A stretch of 64,000 bases of DNA, taken from Auanema rhodensis (lineage: Eukaryota > Animalia > Nematoda). Position 1 is the stretch's first letter. Each line of letters starts with the position of its first letter. The notes under the pieces are model-generated. The model was not told where the DNA came from and searched no databases. It saw nothing but the letters and a program-made list of their open reading frames with translations. Below are positions 11,296-25,146 of this stretch, piece by piece. The stretch spans positions 5,518,001 through 5,582,000 of the forward strand of contig OZ059900.1 in NCBI GenBank assembly GCA_964057225.1, given 5' to 3'. Both the position numbers and the translations under genes were made by a program.

Positions 11296-14200
11296 CTGTT
11301 ACTCTTTTGTTAACATTTAAACATTAAATGATTGATATAAATAGTTTTTTACACATACTTAAAAGCAAAGTAAAGAATAAAAAGTTTTAGAACTATTGGT
11401 GCTAGTTTTATACTGATATGAATTTGTGGAATCCTCATGCAATTTCTAAAGTTTGGAAAATATAGATATAGACAAAAAAATTTTATAAGCTTTTATAGCG
11501 TTTGTCAAGATTCGCAGAACTGTTATACATCTGCATTCAATGAAATAAGTCGTTAATGCGCAGATAAATCTATATTTGCATCTAGAATACTTTGAAATAC
11601 TTTCAATTGTTCTCGACAAGTGCTTGTTTATTTATAACATTCCTACATTACCCATGTCTATGTACATCAAATATTCACTAAGATTGAATTCTTCTTTTCA
11701 ACTCTTCTGATCTTTTCGAGAAGTTCAGGAGATTTCTTTAAATCACAACCCAAAGCAAAATAGAAATTAGATTTTCTTTGTGAGGTAAACAGTTTCAAGC
11801 GGCAGAAATTTCTTCTACACCGAATACAACACAATCACAATTATTCCACATTTGCATATTGTTAACGTTTTTTGTTTCAGTTAAAAATAATTGGCAGCCA
11901 TTTGTATAATTAACAACAATTTTCATGCTAACTATTCACCAAAATATAAATCTTGCAGATCATGTGTCATGATGTTGTAACAACTAATGCATGGTGCAAA
12001 TGCCCAGCTCTACTTTCATAGTGATAAACGAATTACTTTGAAGCATTTCAGAATTTGAAAGTTTTCCAATAGCATGATTAAGAAGGAGATGAAATATTCA
12101 AGATAATACTGGAATAGTTCATGTTTTATTCGTAATCAACATTTTTCTCATGTAATTTATAAATTCATATATTCACTTGAAATTAATTGAATTAAGTTTG
12201 AGAATCAGTCATACATCTTAAAACATTATTATTAATGACATTTATGAATAAGCAAGTGTCGAGCTCGAATGTCACACTATTAGGTTCCACGAAGAATATC
12301 TTTTGCCAATTGTATTTAAGATTCATTCAGTATTATAAAGTATTTTTGATGATCAAATGAACAATTATAAGTTTAATGTGTCAATGAAATAATTGGTAAC
12401 AAGTACTATATTAATTATAATACTTGATATCGAACATAGTAGTTAACACTTAGGCTTCGTGAAGTATACGTTTATATCCTTGTTTATAACCATCTGTCTA
12501 ATCTTCAATAGACAATTTTTGTATCTTATAAACGCCATTATTTACTCCTGATTATAGTCTTACCAGATGTTGAACATCTTACTTTTTAAGATTATATTGT
12601 CTTACATGCATATATATGCTCAATGGGTACTTCAACGTGCACATCTGAGTGAGATTCTTAATTGGTACTTTAAATGTGTAGCAATCTGACCTGCACGGCC
12701 GTTTCACCAGCCATTTATGTATATCCTAGATCCCTCATCTATTTTTCCAATTCACATCCACTTAGTTCTCAATGGCTTGACTTCTTCCCTGACACTTGGT
12801 GTCACATTGTATTCTATAACCACCCCTTTTTCTTGACGCGGATTAGTGACGGCTCAAAACTCTCCAATTTATTTGTCCAACATTATTCTTATTAAGTTGA
12901 GTTCTCGATTTTAATCATGTTATCTGGTAAATTTATTAGCACAAACTTCATCTTTGAGTTGGACTGAACGCTAACTAAACGTTCAGCATTAGTTTAACTA
13001 TTTTCCAATGTTCAATATAATATGATATATGCTTTAATTTGAAAAGTTTGTAACCTTCTGGGATTCTTTTTTTTGTTACATTTAATTCTTTTTACATATT
13101 TGAACTAAAAATTTTAGTTTTTGAAATAATTTATATTGATTACAAACATAAGCAGTAGTAATGTTTTTCAAAAATGTTATATAATAATTAACATCAAAAG
13201 AAAACTAATATTCGAAGAATTCAAATTTTTTACCCACTTTTGTTTCAAATGCTACTTAATGTGAAATAATATTCATTCGTATAAAATATTCAATTTCTAA
13301 TCTTTGCCTGGCACACAACTAACCTTTCTCACACCCAAAACCTTTTCAAACGTTAGCTTGATCCAAGTCATTACGTTTGAGTCATTACGTTCAGTTTATT
13401 CACACCAATTGTAACTAACGTTTTCCAATGTTTTTAAAATTTTAAATATGATGTTTTACATTGCCTAATATGGCATTCAAGTTTTTCAAGTTTTGGAACA
13501 ATATTTGTTTTAACAATATTTCTACCAAACTGCTTATTTAGCTTTCATTGGAATCATACAGGAAGCAATTATTTCTTGTAGTCACTATACCCAATATTTT
13601 ATTAATGAATTATATACCTCAGCAACTGAGTGCTTGTCTATGCTCAAAATAATAATCTGTTCTCTTGTTTACTTCTAATTTCTATGTTTCATTTGTTTTG
13701 AAATTCAGTTCACTTTTGATATTCCGTATAAGAATTAAATCATAACATTCGGTAATTAAATGCTCTTTTGGGCAGACTCTAGAGCTTTTGGCTTAGTTAT
13801 ATCACTTATCGACCAAAAGGTATAATATATATGGGTGTATATATTTTTTTTAATTTTATTTTTCCTTATTCGTATAGGGTTTGTGTTTAAAATAGCATAC
13901 GCTTTTGCCACCCATGGCGCATTGTAAAAGGACAAATTGTCGGTAAAAGAAAAGAAACGAGAGAGTGCTATACATAAATACAACAATACAACACGTATGC
14001 AATTTTCTGTCTTGATTATTCCGGAGCTCTGTTAATATAGTATGCTGCATAAACATGGAGCAAAATTGTTAATAGTGGATATGAGAGAAATGGTGAGTCT
14101 TTGAGTATAGTTTGCTTTGTACTGCTCTTGGCAATTACCATGTCTTTCCAAGCATGAAATAAATGAAGCTTAATACACAACTACATAAATGATAGAATGA

Positions 14201-17200
14201 GGAAATTTGAGAGAACGCAGATGGTGGAAAACGAGAGCAAAGCGGTGGCAGAAGAAGAGATGACTGGAAGCAAAAAGCAAAGATGCGTGTATTGGGATCG
14301 AGGCAGCTGCTAGGAACGTTTGGGTCAGCAGAGCAGTATAAGAGAGTTTATGCAAATAAGAGAGTACCAGGTCATTAGAGCATTGGCGACAGCGCTAGAA
14401 ATGTGAGTGAGAACAAGGAATTGCAAAATGAATAAGCCTGAAATATTACTACTCTTCCAGATTTATATTACATTTATTATTAGCTCATTTGAACATTTCT
14501 TAAGCTTATTTTATTATCTCACACAGTACTTTTTTTGCAAATAAGTTTATGTCAAACTATTCTGTATATTGTATTTTTAATTTTTTAAGTTTCTCCTAAA
14601 GTACTCGAAAATCAAATAACAGCATAATTTTAAGCTCAAATTTTACAAACGTTTCATAAGATTATCATATGCTTCAAACGTACACAACTCATACAACTCA
14701 TATTTTTTGACTTATATATATATATATATGAAAGATGGTTCTGATTAAACTTCATTCATTTGAAAGCATTCGCCATTTCAATGTGCATCTATTCTTGGAA
14801 GAATTTTATTAAACTTCTAATAAAGTTTTTATTATTCAATTAAAATAGAATCATTCAGGTTCCACCCGCAATAATATTAAAAATGTTCTTACTGGTAAAC
14901 TTCAATTTTAATTAATTATCTATTATTTGATTCTAAGACTTTTTTAAATAAATAGAAAAGAAGAAGAACTTTATACGGATCTTCTTTTGTTGACAAACTC
15001 TAATATGCCTTCGTTTGATAAACAACGTTGAGACTTTAATACTCTCGAGCGATGAGATATTTCCTCAACCTTTATTTCTTTTTTCTTTTCTTTATCAGCT
15101 ACTAGTATTTACTAATCTGGTTTGCTTTTCTTTGACTTCGACCGTCTCATCAAATCCAATATTGACGTGCTGCATAGCGTTCTTGTTTTCATGTCTAACT
15201 TTTACTAGGCTTCTCTGAAGTTTATTTACTTTAGCTAGTTGTCACATCATTATATTATCAAAATTGTAGTATATAATCGTTTTTACACTCATATAAAATA
15301 ACGTTTGAAAACAATTATGTTTTGTTATGTCATTCATTAAATGAGCAGTTTATATTCAGCAGACGGTTCTAGTTTGACTTATGTTTATAGTATATTTTCC
15401 ATTTGTAAATAAAACTCTTGATTATTTTTTCCTCTCAGAAATTATATTCTGTCTTAAGACATTTTCCTGATTTCCTAGTTCTTCCAAAATTGTTTTTCGC
15501 AGTTGTTTTCTTCCCATTTTTCCTATCTTGTTTTGGTTAACTTTGAAAATTCAGACGTATAGCTGAAATTCAGTACATAACGGCATTTCTTATTCCAAAT
15601 CGATTCGCTCGGTTTTTTGAAAACTCTTATAATTAATAAAAGATTTTCTAATGAAGCTTTCAATACAAATATATATGTATCTATATAAATATCCTAAGAT
15701 GTTTGTTCGGCATAATGACATACTTATATTTTTTTATTCTTCTTTTTGAGCTGGCACCACTTGAATCTTCAGAAATGTAGTATATATATTTGAGAGATAT
15801 ATAGAGATTGTTAGTAAAACTTGAATAGAAGACGGAACCTCTCCCAAATGCACTATTTCGATATACTGTTTAACTAAACATAGCTAATAACATGTTGCAA
15901 ACGGAGCTTAACGACTCTCAACGTGTTTGTGAAAAAGATGGAAAAGTAGATAGAATGCAGAGAATAAGAGAACGAGAGAAATGAAGAGGGTGGCACACCC
16001 ATAGTGCACAGAGCTTCCTTCACTTCCATTTGTTTCCCGCACACAACGGTTTCTAGTTACGTTTTTAAATATTCACTCACACTTGAAACATTCAGTGTGT
16101 TATATTCTATTTCTCTTACCTTACTTTACAATTCCTTTATTTATGTTTTAAGGTTTTAGTTTGTGATCAAATAAATTTAGTAAACTGCTCTATTTCATTT
16201 TTACAATGAAAATCGAGAATTAATGAGCTTTTTTGGTGTTTTTCAATTTGTAAACCTTTTCAATACAACATCCCAGTTCATAGTTTTGAATTTTTTTTAT
16301 CAGATAAAGTTTCGACTCTTTTCTGGCAGTGTGACAGATGCTCTCAGAGCAGTATGACAGATGTATGATTTGCTCAGAAGTCGAATGTCTGTTCTATGTT
16401 AATTTGCTCATGCGTTCATATTTTATCTTCTTATTTGTTATGTTTTTGATTACTTTTCAGAATAATATTGAACTGCAAGAAATATAACATCCCTGTCTTT
16501 TTATATTATATTTACTTTATAATGTGAAATTTGATGCCTCTTAGTTAATTTTTGGTTTGTAAATAAATAATGTTAGTAATTAGAGAGAGAGAGAGATATA
16601 CATGTTAAGAAGAGAAAGAAAAGATAGAGAAGATTATATTATGTGAACATGTCTAAGAAGAAGAGGAAGAAAGACAGATACCGAAAATGTTTATCTTGGG
16701 GTTTTAATGTTAGTATATTTCTTTTATAGATAAGTCAAATCTCTTTGAAAGCCTTCAAAAATATTATTTGTGACACAGTGCTTCTTCTGCAGCAAATAAT
16801 AATAATAATCTTTTTATTGTATCAAATGCTTTACCTCTCGTTTTCTCACGATTTGTTCCAGCTCATTGCTAATTGATTCTTTATTCAAATAATTAAATGA
16901 GTATATTATTGCATAGTAAAAACATAGAATATTATACAAACTTTATTAATTTTTGAATGAAAATGAAAACATAACACTTTATTGAGAACTGATACAAAAA
17001 ATATGTAAAGTTGTTTAAAATTTTGAAAAATAGTTGACTAATCTGCTTATATTCATTGAAAAGTTCATATACCAATCTTATTCTTCTTTTCTTGAGTATG
17101 ACAAGATTTCAAAAATACAAATACCTACTTTTATCTGATAATTATCCAAAGTTTCATATGAATTCAAACTAAATGAAAGCAAAGCTGATATTCCATGGTA

Positions 17201-20200
17201 TCAAATATAATCTCATTCAATCATTAAACATTTGATTTGTCAGTTTTGATTTTTTATGTATGCAGGAAATTTTTGATTAATATTTTGTATATTGTTTCGT
17301 TTACTGAATATACAATCATTCAATCGGCTGCTACGAATAACAAATGTAATTATAGCTTAAGATTGGTATGGTTGGCTTCAATCTGTTCTAGTTTTTAATC
17401 TTATAATTGCCAGCATTGCTATATCAAAAGAGGGTCAGTCTTGCACAAACGAAGCTTTATATTCTATCTTGTAATATCACCTTATGCGCCAGCTGGTCAT
17501 TCTATAACCTTGCCGTCTTCGTATTATATACATGCATGCTTAATAAGTCTATCGGGTCACAGAACATTTTTTCCATTTTGGATTCACCTCTTCTCAATTT
17601 CGATCCTAAACCGTAACATTGTTATATGTGTATATAGGGACCCGCTTTGTGTCTAATGTAACTCACTAATTTTATTTACATCTCGATATAATTGCTTCAT
17701 CACGTTTCTAATTAGACTGGCCGCAAATAATGCAATTTTAGCTGAAACACTCTGAGTCGAAGTAGAGACTGTTTGATGAATATCGGCTTACATTCGGTTG
17801 CCATCTTGGTTTACCAATCTGCTGTTTGAATTTTAGGTTTTTCTTTTCATCAATTATTGCTTCATAATCTATATCCCTAGAAAGAAAAGCCTGGTTCCAT
17901 CTATTTATTAGTGAAACATGGTTATTTCTTTTCTTGTTGACATTTTTGATTTATTCGCCATCTCATTGAACATCTTTCGTTTAGGATCTAATACATGATG
18001 CAATTCGTTCATGACTTTATTTCCCCCAGGGCCTTCATAGCGAATTGGATGCCATTTAAAGTATGAGAAATATGATGAAGTATGAAGAGACCAAGTCAGA
18101 TGCAGAAATACAGATGCTGATTCTTCAGGGTTTCAGAAGAGAGGCCAAAGATATATAAGAGACTTGATTGGGAGGAACTTAAACATCGTTCAAAACCAAT
18201 AATCATAATCATCTTTCCCTTCCTAATACTTATGCTCAACGCTTTTCACACTTGTTATTCGCATCTATGCGTTAAGACTTCGAGTAGTTGTGTTATATAC
18301 ACCATATCTTGAAGTTATACTACAAGCAATACCGCGAACATTTTTGATATTTGCATGTTCAGATAAACAGGCAGCTATACCAATAATAAACTTATTTGAA
18401 ACAGTCAGAATAATCAAATTCAAATCTTAACTTGGCTAGCTCATCTAAACTTTTAGTCTTTTCGTTTAATATTCATTCTTTTTCATTATATATTCCGGCG
18501 GCATTTAATGAATGGCCGTAATTAGCTGCGACAGCTTTCTCTGATTTTGGATGAAAAATAAATGTCTTATGCTTTAACAAGGCATATGCCATGTGGTTGA
18601 GTACGCGGAGGCCATTGCTTGAGTGAGATTCGTTGATTGCTGGGTTACTGCCAGTCAAGCAGATATTTAGCAATCTGCAAGGACTATTGTCAATTGACAG
18701 ACATATATCCGGGATAACCTGTTATTTTCTCATCTCATGTCACTCTGTTTATATAGCCAGTATATAAAAACTAAAAACCTGGTACTGCAGTATTACTTTG
18801 GAATTAATTGTAATTTTTTACATTATGGTTAACATAATATTTTAAAATTTAAAATCATCTATATATCATTTGAGAATATGTCAATTTCTTAAAATTAATT
18901 ATTGTTTGTATTTAGCTCCTGCTGATGTAATATAACGCTATCTTATATCCTAAAGTAATGCTGAAGAAGTGCCTTTGTGAAGCATGTATTTTCAAACAAT
19001 TATAGATAGACTGCTTCACAAGCATTCTTATGCATCCATTAGGCATTGTCTTCTTTTCTCTCTTTCCTTCTTTATTTACTTCGTCTCTGTTTCTGCTTTC
19101 TTTCTTCATTCACTCTTTAGGCCACTTTTAGTTTTCCTTTTTCGTTTCTATACACTATTGGAGCTCATGCGTGTAACAAACTAACCAAACGTTTTTAAGC
19201 AGTAGGCTCTTTTTTTATTGTGCTGTCAATTTTTTTCACAGCTACTTTATCAAACATATTTAGAGGGCGTCTGAAAAATAAAAACATGTAGAAATAAACT
19301 GAAATCTCATCGGTTATTATTTCACAAATTTACCTCTTATTCAATCGGGTGACATTTATTCAGCTTTTTGTTATATCATTCTTTCCACTCCGCCTAAATT
19401 CTGTTTTCACTCCAATTTTTTATTTACTTGCATTATAGTATTTTTTCAATATACGCAAATTTAGACTATGCGAAAGATATCGATTTCTTTTTTTCAGCAT
19501 CATTTTGAAAAGCCTGCAGTTTTTTGCGCCCAAAAAGTTTTTCCAAGACACATGCCTTTAGAGCATGCATCTCAAACCCCTTTGCATCAATATACATGTG
19601 CCTACATGCTTTTTTTGGGACTAAGAATTCACATTACAAAACAGAACTTCTTCTAAGTTCTTTTTAAACCGTTTTATAAAAATTCTTTCATATTTCCGGA
19701 GTTTTTCCCAGGTTCTTGTAAAGCATATCATGCGCATTTCTTTTGTAATCATTTTGTTATCATTGCTCAGAATATTTGAGAGTTTTTGGATGATCATTAT
19801 ATACGTTTTCGTTCTTCAGTTGCTTTTATCGAGAGCGAATCTGCATTTAAGAGAAATTGAAGTGGCGGAACTCTAATAGAAAATAGAGGAGGATAGAGAA
19901 ATGAGTGAACAGAGTCAAAGTTGGAGAGTGGGTGAAAGAGTCAGAGTAAGGAAACTGAAAAAGTTGGAAAAAATGTAAAACGAAAAAAATATCCAGTGTT
20001 CAACGCTTAACAGGCTAAAGTTTCTGGCAATTGAACAAAATCATTGTTTCGCAGTTTGAATCTTATGAGAGTATATCTATAAACATTTTAAGAAAACCAT
20101 TGTAAACTCAAGTAATCTCTGTATATCTGTTCCTTGCTTAAGTAACTTAAAAATTAATGTATGTATTATATATTAGGATCTTTCAGTTTAGTAAAACCTC

Positions 20201-20792
20201 TCTCTTTTTTTGAATTACTAGCAGAACTAGCTTTTTCAATTGAGGCATTTAGCGCTGTGGGGAGATATTTCCATACTCAAAAATCTCAGACAATTACCAT
20301 CATTACCTAAGCTCTCAACTCTATATAGATTTATATACTCACGAGTATGATATATTTTTTTGATGATTTTCATATTATAATTTAAGAATAGAGAAAATTT
20401 TTGACATAATTATTTGTGACTTTAAAAACTGTTATAATCACGATGCTTTTCATAAATATTGTATTGTGGAAACTTGTGGAAACTTTTGCTATTTCTATCT
20501 GTCTTTAACCTCGTATTGTGAATATGTCGGAATCGCTAACACAACAAGTCACTCGCGTAAGTGTCGTTGTATGCAAATCGTTTCTTTCGCTCCTCCGCCC
20601 ATTCTCTTATTCAATTCAATTATGCATCTGCTGTGAGCTGTCGACGTTGTTGCTCTGAAAATCTTTTGCTCTTCGTCTCTCAAATCTTCTTTCCTCATCA
20701 TTTCGTTCAGTTTTTTATGCGATATATCTTTAAAAATATTAATTTTTTTTGCCTTATCATCGAGTTATTTTGTTTTATTTTAGATTCTAAAT

Positions 20793-23700
20793 ATGCAATT
20801 GAAGCTTGTTTTCGCTTTATTTTTTATGATACAACATGCGGAAGCACAATCAACCGTAAGTTATATACGAAACACAATTGTCGTAAAAAAACTTTAAAAC
20901 TTATGAAGTCGTATTATTTCAACTTGTTGATCATATTCGGAAGAATATAGTAGTCATTGGAGCATAATTCGAATTTCGACAAATATTTCAATTATCAATG
21001 TTCAAAATTTTTCAGTGTAATTATGTTGGTCTAGTGAAATGCTTTATTGATATTTTGGATGAATGGGCTTGGACTCTTTATGAACTTAGAGATAATGTTG
21101 TGACAATTACTCAGGACCAATGTCAGCACTTGAGACATTTGGATAAATGTATTAAGGTACGCTTAGTATTATTGATAAATTCCAGGAAGACTGCTTAACT
21201 TATTCAAGTAATGAATTTATTTCTACTCATTCTATTAATCTTCTTCTCCTGACTGTGTTAGTATAATTAGTAAACGAGTTTAAAAAAACGAGAAGAGGTG
21301 AAAGAATTAATATATTGACAGAGTTGATATAATTGATCGATTGCGATTGTTTGCATTTAATTACTTTTCAAATCTCTCGTTTTTGCAAGCTGTTGTCTGT
21401 TCTCATTTTAAAAGAACAAAGACTGAAACATATATATAAAATAATTATCATTTTTCATATATCAGATTGTTAAGTGCAAGCTTCATAGTTTGAGAAATAT
21501 TATAGTAACTCTAACTTTTACTTTAATATTATTTGTTTTCTGATTTTCTTTTGGTTCGAACTGTATTTTGTTCAGATTACTAATACTTAAAGTGTAATAT
21601 GTCACCTATTCAAGAGAAAGGTACAATAATTTTTTCAATTGTGTCAATTTATAGTGTCATAGCTAACATGTGATATCCACATAGCTGTCAACTTCATATA
21701 ATAAACATGAAGTTATTTTATTAAAACATCGGTTGTAGGAATGGAACTACATTTGTGGATATATTCAATATTGTTTGAGAAAGAACAAAAAAAACCGAAA
21801 AATATATTGATTTTAGTAATTTTCAATTGAAATTATCCGATACACTTGAATTTAATTTCACTTTTATTCACAAATAAATGACTTAATTCAAGTTCAATAA
21901 ATATAGAAAACTACTCAAACAGATTGAGTTTGCCACGATGATGCCAATTCCGTTAGTAACAATTGATTATAAATGCATATATATATATATATATATGTGT
22001 GTGTTTGTGTATTTATTATATTTCAAAATTATAGTTTCTTAATATTAACCGAAAATAAGGACAAATTTAATCTTGGAATGAGACCAGATCTCTTCAACAT
22101 TCTATAATAACGTCATTACATCCCTATTGTTAAGCTAAAGTAATTGTTCACTGAAATTCGAACGGAAGGCGATATATAAACAGAAGACAACAAATGAGGA
22201 AACATCAGTGTCAAAGAATATACATCTAACGAATCCTCTTTGATATCTTGACAACTGTTCGTCTAATAACATAGTTTTAGTTTTGTTAGCTTCATAGTTT
22301 AGAATGCTACATTTCCTGCTAGCTTTTCGATTGGTGCACAGCTTTTCTTAATTCTGAGTTTTGAATAAAAGAATGTTGGAGGGATATGTATACCAAAGGA
22401 AAAATGAAATAGAAAGATGTATATTTTTTTGAAAGTAATAAACAAGAATATTGATAATTGTCTAAAATGTGTATATGTGTTGAGAGATTTACAATCACAT
22501 CTGAAAAACAAATTTTCATAGTTATCGTATTGCACTCACATGCATTTTGCTTTTAACTCAAATTCGTCAGGATCCGAATTATTTTTCGCACAGCTCTTAA
22601 CAATTGGTGGGAATATTTCTTGCATATTCTAAAATATTTTTCATCTTCTATTAAAGAAAACCAGTAAAAATTCTTCTTTATATATGCATAATCTTAAAGG
22701 TTTGCACACACAAATTTGTGTGAACATATTTTACTTAGTAGCATGAAACATGCTAGGTTTTACGTTACATCTCGAATAATAAAGAAGGAAAAGCTTTAGT
22801 CTCAAATCGTTAACGAATAATTCGTGAATTACCAACGTTTTCTTTGGTTTCATTTTTCACCATTTTTTGCTGAATAAAAAGTTTGATTCATAGAACAAGC
22901 ATCTTAAAGTTCTACAGAAATTCGTTGAACTAAATGCATGAAAGCGTAGCTATTTGTTAATAGCTCATTTGGCTTTCACTTAAAACACAAAGCTTTAAAT
23001 TGCTGTTGGCATGTAAATGGAAGAGAGAATAAAACTTCAATAAAATGTTTATTGATTTTTACTACATCTTATTCACTTTTCACATTGTTTCAAGAAAACA
23101 CAAATTGACTAAAAAAATAACAATAGGTTAAATTTTGTTTTATAGGATGATATGGAGGAGGCTCATCAATGCTCTCATAGCGAGATTGTTGAAGTATCTA
23201 ATACTGTTTCTGATTTACTTACTCATCGTAAAGGCTCCGGAACTTTCCTCCGTGTATGTACCGAATACATCAATGACTTGATTATGAATATTTATAGAGT
23301 TACTATCTTCTTACCTATGCCTGTTCTCAAGAAGGGCAAGAAATACTGAATAATCATCGCACATGCTTGAAATCGGAAAAAATAGGAGAAATGACAATTT
23401 CAGCTGGTACTTATTTGAGTGAAAACATTGTTGATAAGGAGACAGACGAAGATATCTGCGAAAAGGTATGTAACTCTATTTTAAATTTCAATCTTCAACA
23501 ACAAATGGTTAAAGATAAATGACAAGCTTAAAACATACATTGGAGCAATGACCGGAATTTGTGACAAAAATGAAGCCGCTCAACTCATGTGTAATTCTCT
23601 TACTAATATGATTCAAGTGAGTAAAAGTGTTAGTTGCCAATTTCAGTTTTAAATATTTAGGGACTTCATGCTGATAAACTCGGAGAAAGTTGTAAACTGG

Positions 23701-23905
23701 ACTGTAATATTGTTAATGAAGAAGAACAAAAAGTATTTTATAGATTAATTAATGTAAATGTTTGCAAAACCTATTTTAGGAAGAACCAGTTGAAGAACAA
23801 GTGGCTGCCGAACAAGATGCTCTAGGAGGGCCGGCAGATAGCTCATCACTCCGTAACGGCTTTTTTGTTTTAGTTACTGGCTTATTTACCTTTCTTCTTC
23901 ACTAG
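20793..23905 (+). CDS. Cys-rich surface protein with signal peptide and GPI-type C-terminal signal (nematode DUF19-like, tentative)
   Basis: Seven in-phase exons encode the signal peptide MQLKLVFALFFMIQHAEAQST, then CNYVGLVKCFIDILDEWAW..., ...YYLLTYACSQEGQEILNNHRTCL..., ...SCKLDC, and the tail ...GGPADSSSLRNGFFVLVTGLFTFLLH*. There is one ~2-kb intron (21157-~23146). Confidence 0.85.
21977..22003. repeat. (TA)n(TG)n microsatellite
   Basis: catatatatatatatatatgtgtgtgt in the long intron. Other short microsatellites are at ~8378 (TA), ~14713 (TA), ~16582 (AG) and ~26907-26946 (CA-rich). Confidence 0.8.
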
Positions 23906-25146
23906 GTTGCAGTTAGCAACAATACTATAACAAAAACGAGCTTAGGTGACTTAAAAAGCCGTTACAACCGGTGATTTCCATCTCCTGCTTCTTTTATTCC
24001 AATTGAATGTCAAATATCATTGTATTCTTCTTAAGCCTAGTTCTTTTTATTGTAATTCAACTAGAAACTCATGACAGTCAGTGGCAAATGCATTTCTCAT
24101 CTAAAATTTGTACTCTGAGCTCTCTATTGACAGATTAATTTTCCTATCATTCATTGAAGCAAATGAATAGAAAAAAGGTTTTTTGACTTTTCATAATTAT
24201 AGTAATCACCATTTTGAAGAAATTGTAATTATATTCTAGATGAAGTAGTTTTTATATAATTTTCAAAGTCGATTTTTTTCACTTTTGTTTAGAAACACTT
24301 CATCTAGCTATCACTAGTTGAACTCACAGTAATCTATTAAAAATTAAACTAATTGTTTTATTTTCATGCATCTTTCTTTAAAGTTTTCTTCTAAAAATGT
24401 GTCATATGTAAGGACTCTAACATAGGCACTACTCCTCCTGTAATTCAACTTTTATTATCTCTCCTTCAAAGTTATTATTACCTTATGAATGATTAAATTA
24501 TGTAGTAGTATATAGTACAATAAAAATGATTTTCAGTTGTTTGAGAAATAAGTGAAGAAAATTAATTGGAAAAAAAATATTTTTCAGCTTCAGAACCTTG
24601 AAAAAGAAGCTCACTAATTTCACTTAAAAATATGAATATGAACATAACCGGAGATTATAATGTCTGTAGTTTATTGCAAAAACATAAGAAGCGTTCAAAG
24701 TTTCATGAAAAAAGCTAATTTCTTCTTGACATTCTGTCACTTCGAGAAATTCGTTTTCAAGCCTGCTGTTCATCAGTTTCTTTTTTCTTATCTTAACTGT
24801 TTATAAAGAATACAAATTCTTCCATTACATTTCATGCTTGTCTTAAATTTTTGAAATCAGTTTGATGAATCTGCTTTTTTGTTTTAATTAAATGAAAAGA
24901 TTGAACTATGTAAAACATATTTTTTAAAATTAATCACTAATAATAAGATTTTTACTTGCAAGCAATACTGCTCATTTGCTTAGATTAATTGAGTATAATA
25001 TTGGAGCAACTGTAACTATATGTATGACTTGGAACAACAATTCATTTATCTCATCTTTTTATTATATTATACCTCTTGAAATGTTAAAAATAGATCCCAA
25101 ATACTCATTAATTGAAATATTTCACAGTTTTTTTTGCCAATTATTG

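Noticed and set aside
16324-16345. TGGCAGTGTG (miR-34-like start), and TATTGCACTC at ~22528 (miR-92/235-like start)
   Set aside because: Only the first ~10 nt match, and no complementary arm forms a precursor hairpin.
23903-23974. Stop-codon readthrough of the GPI gene (TAG followed by 22 open codons)
   Set aside because: The UAG-G context is poor for readthrough, and the stem encloses the stop rather than following it. The splice-masking explanation fits better.
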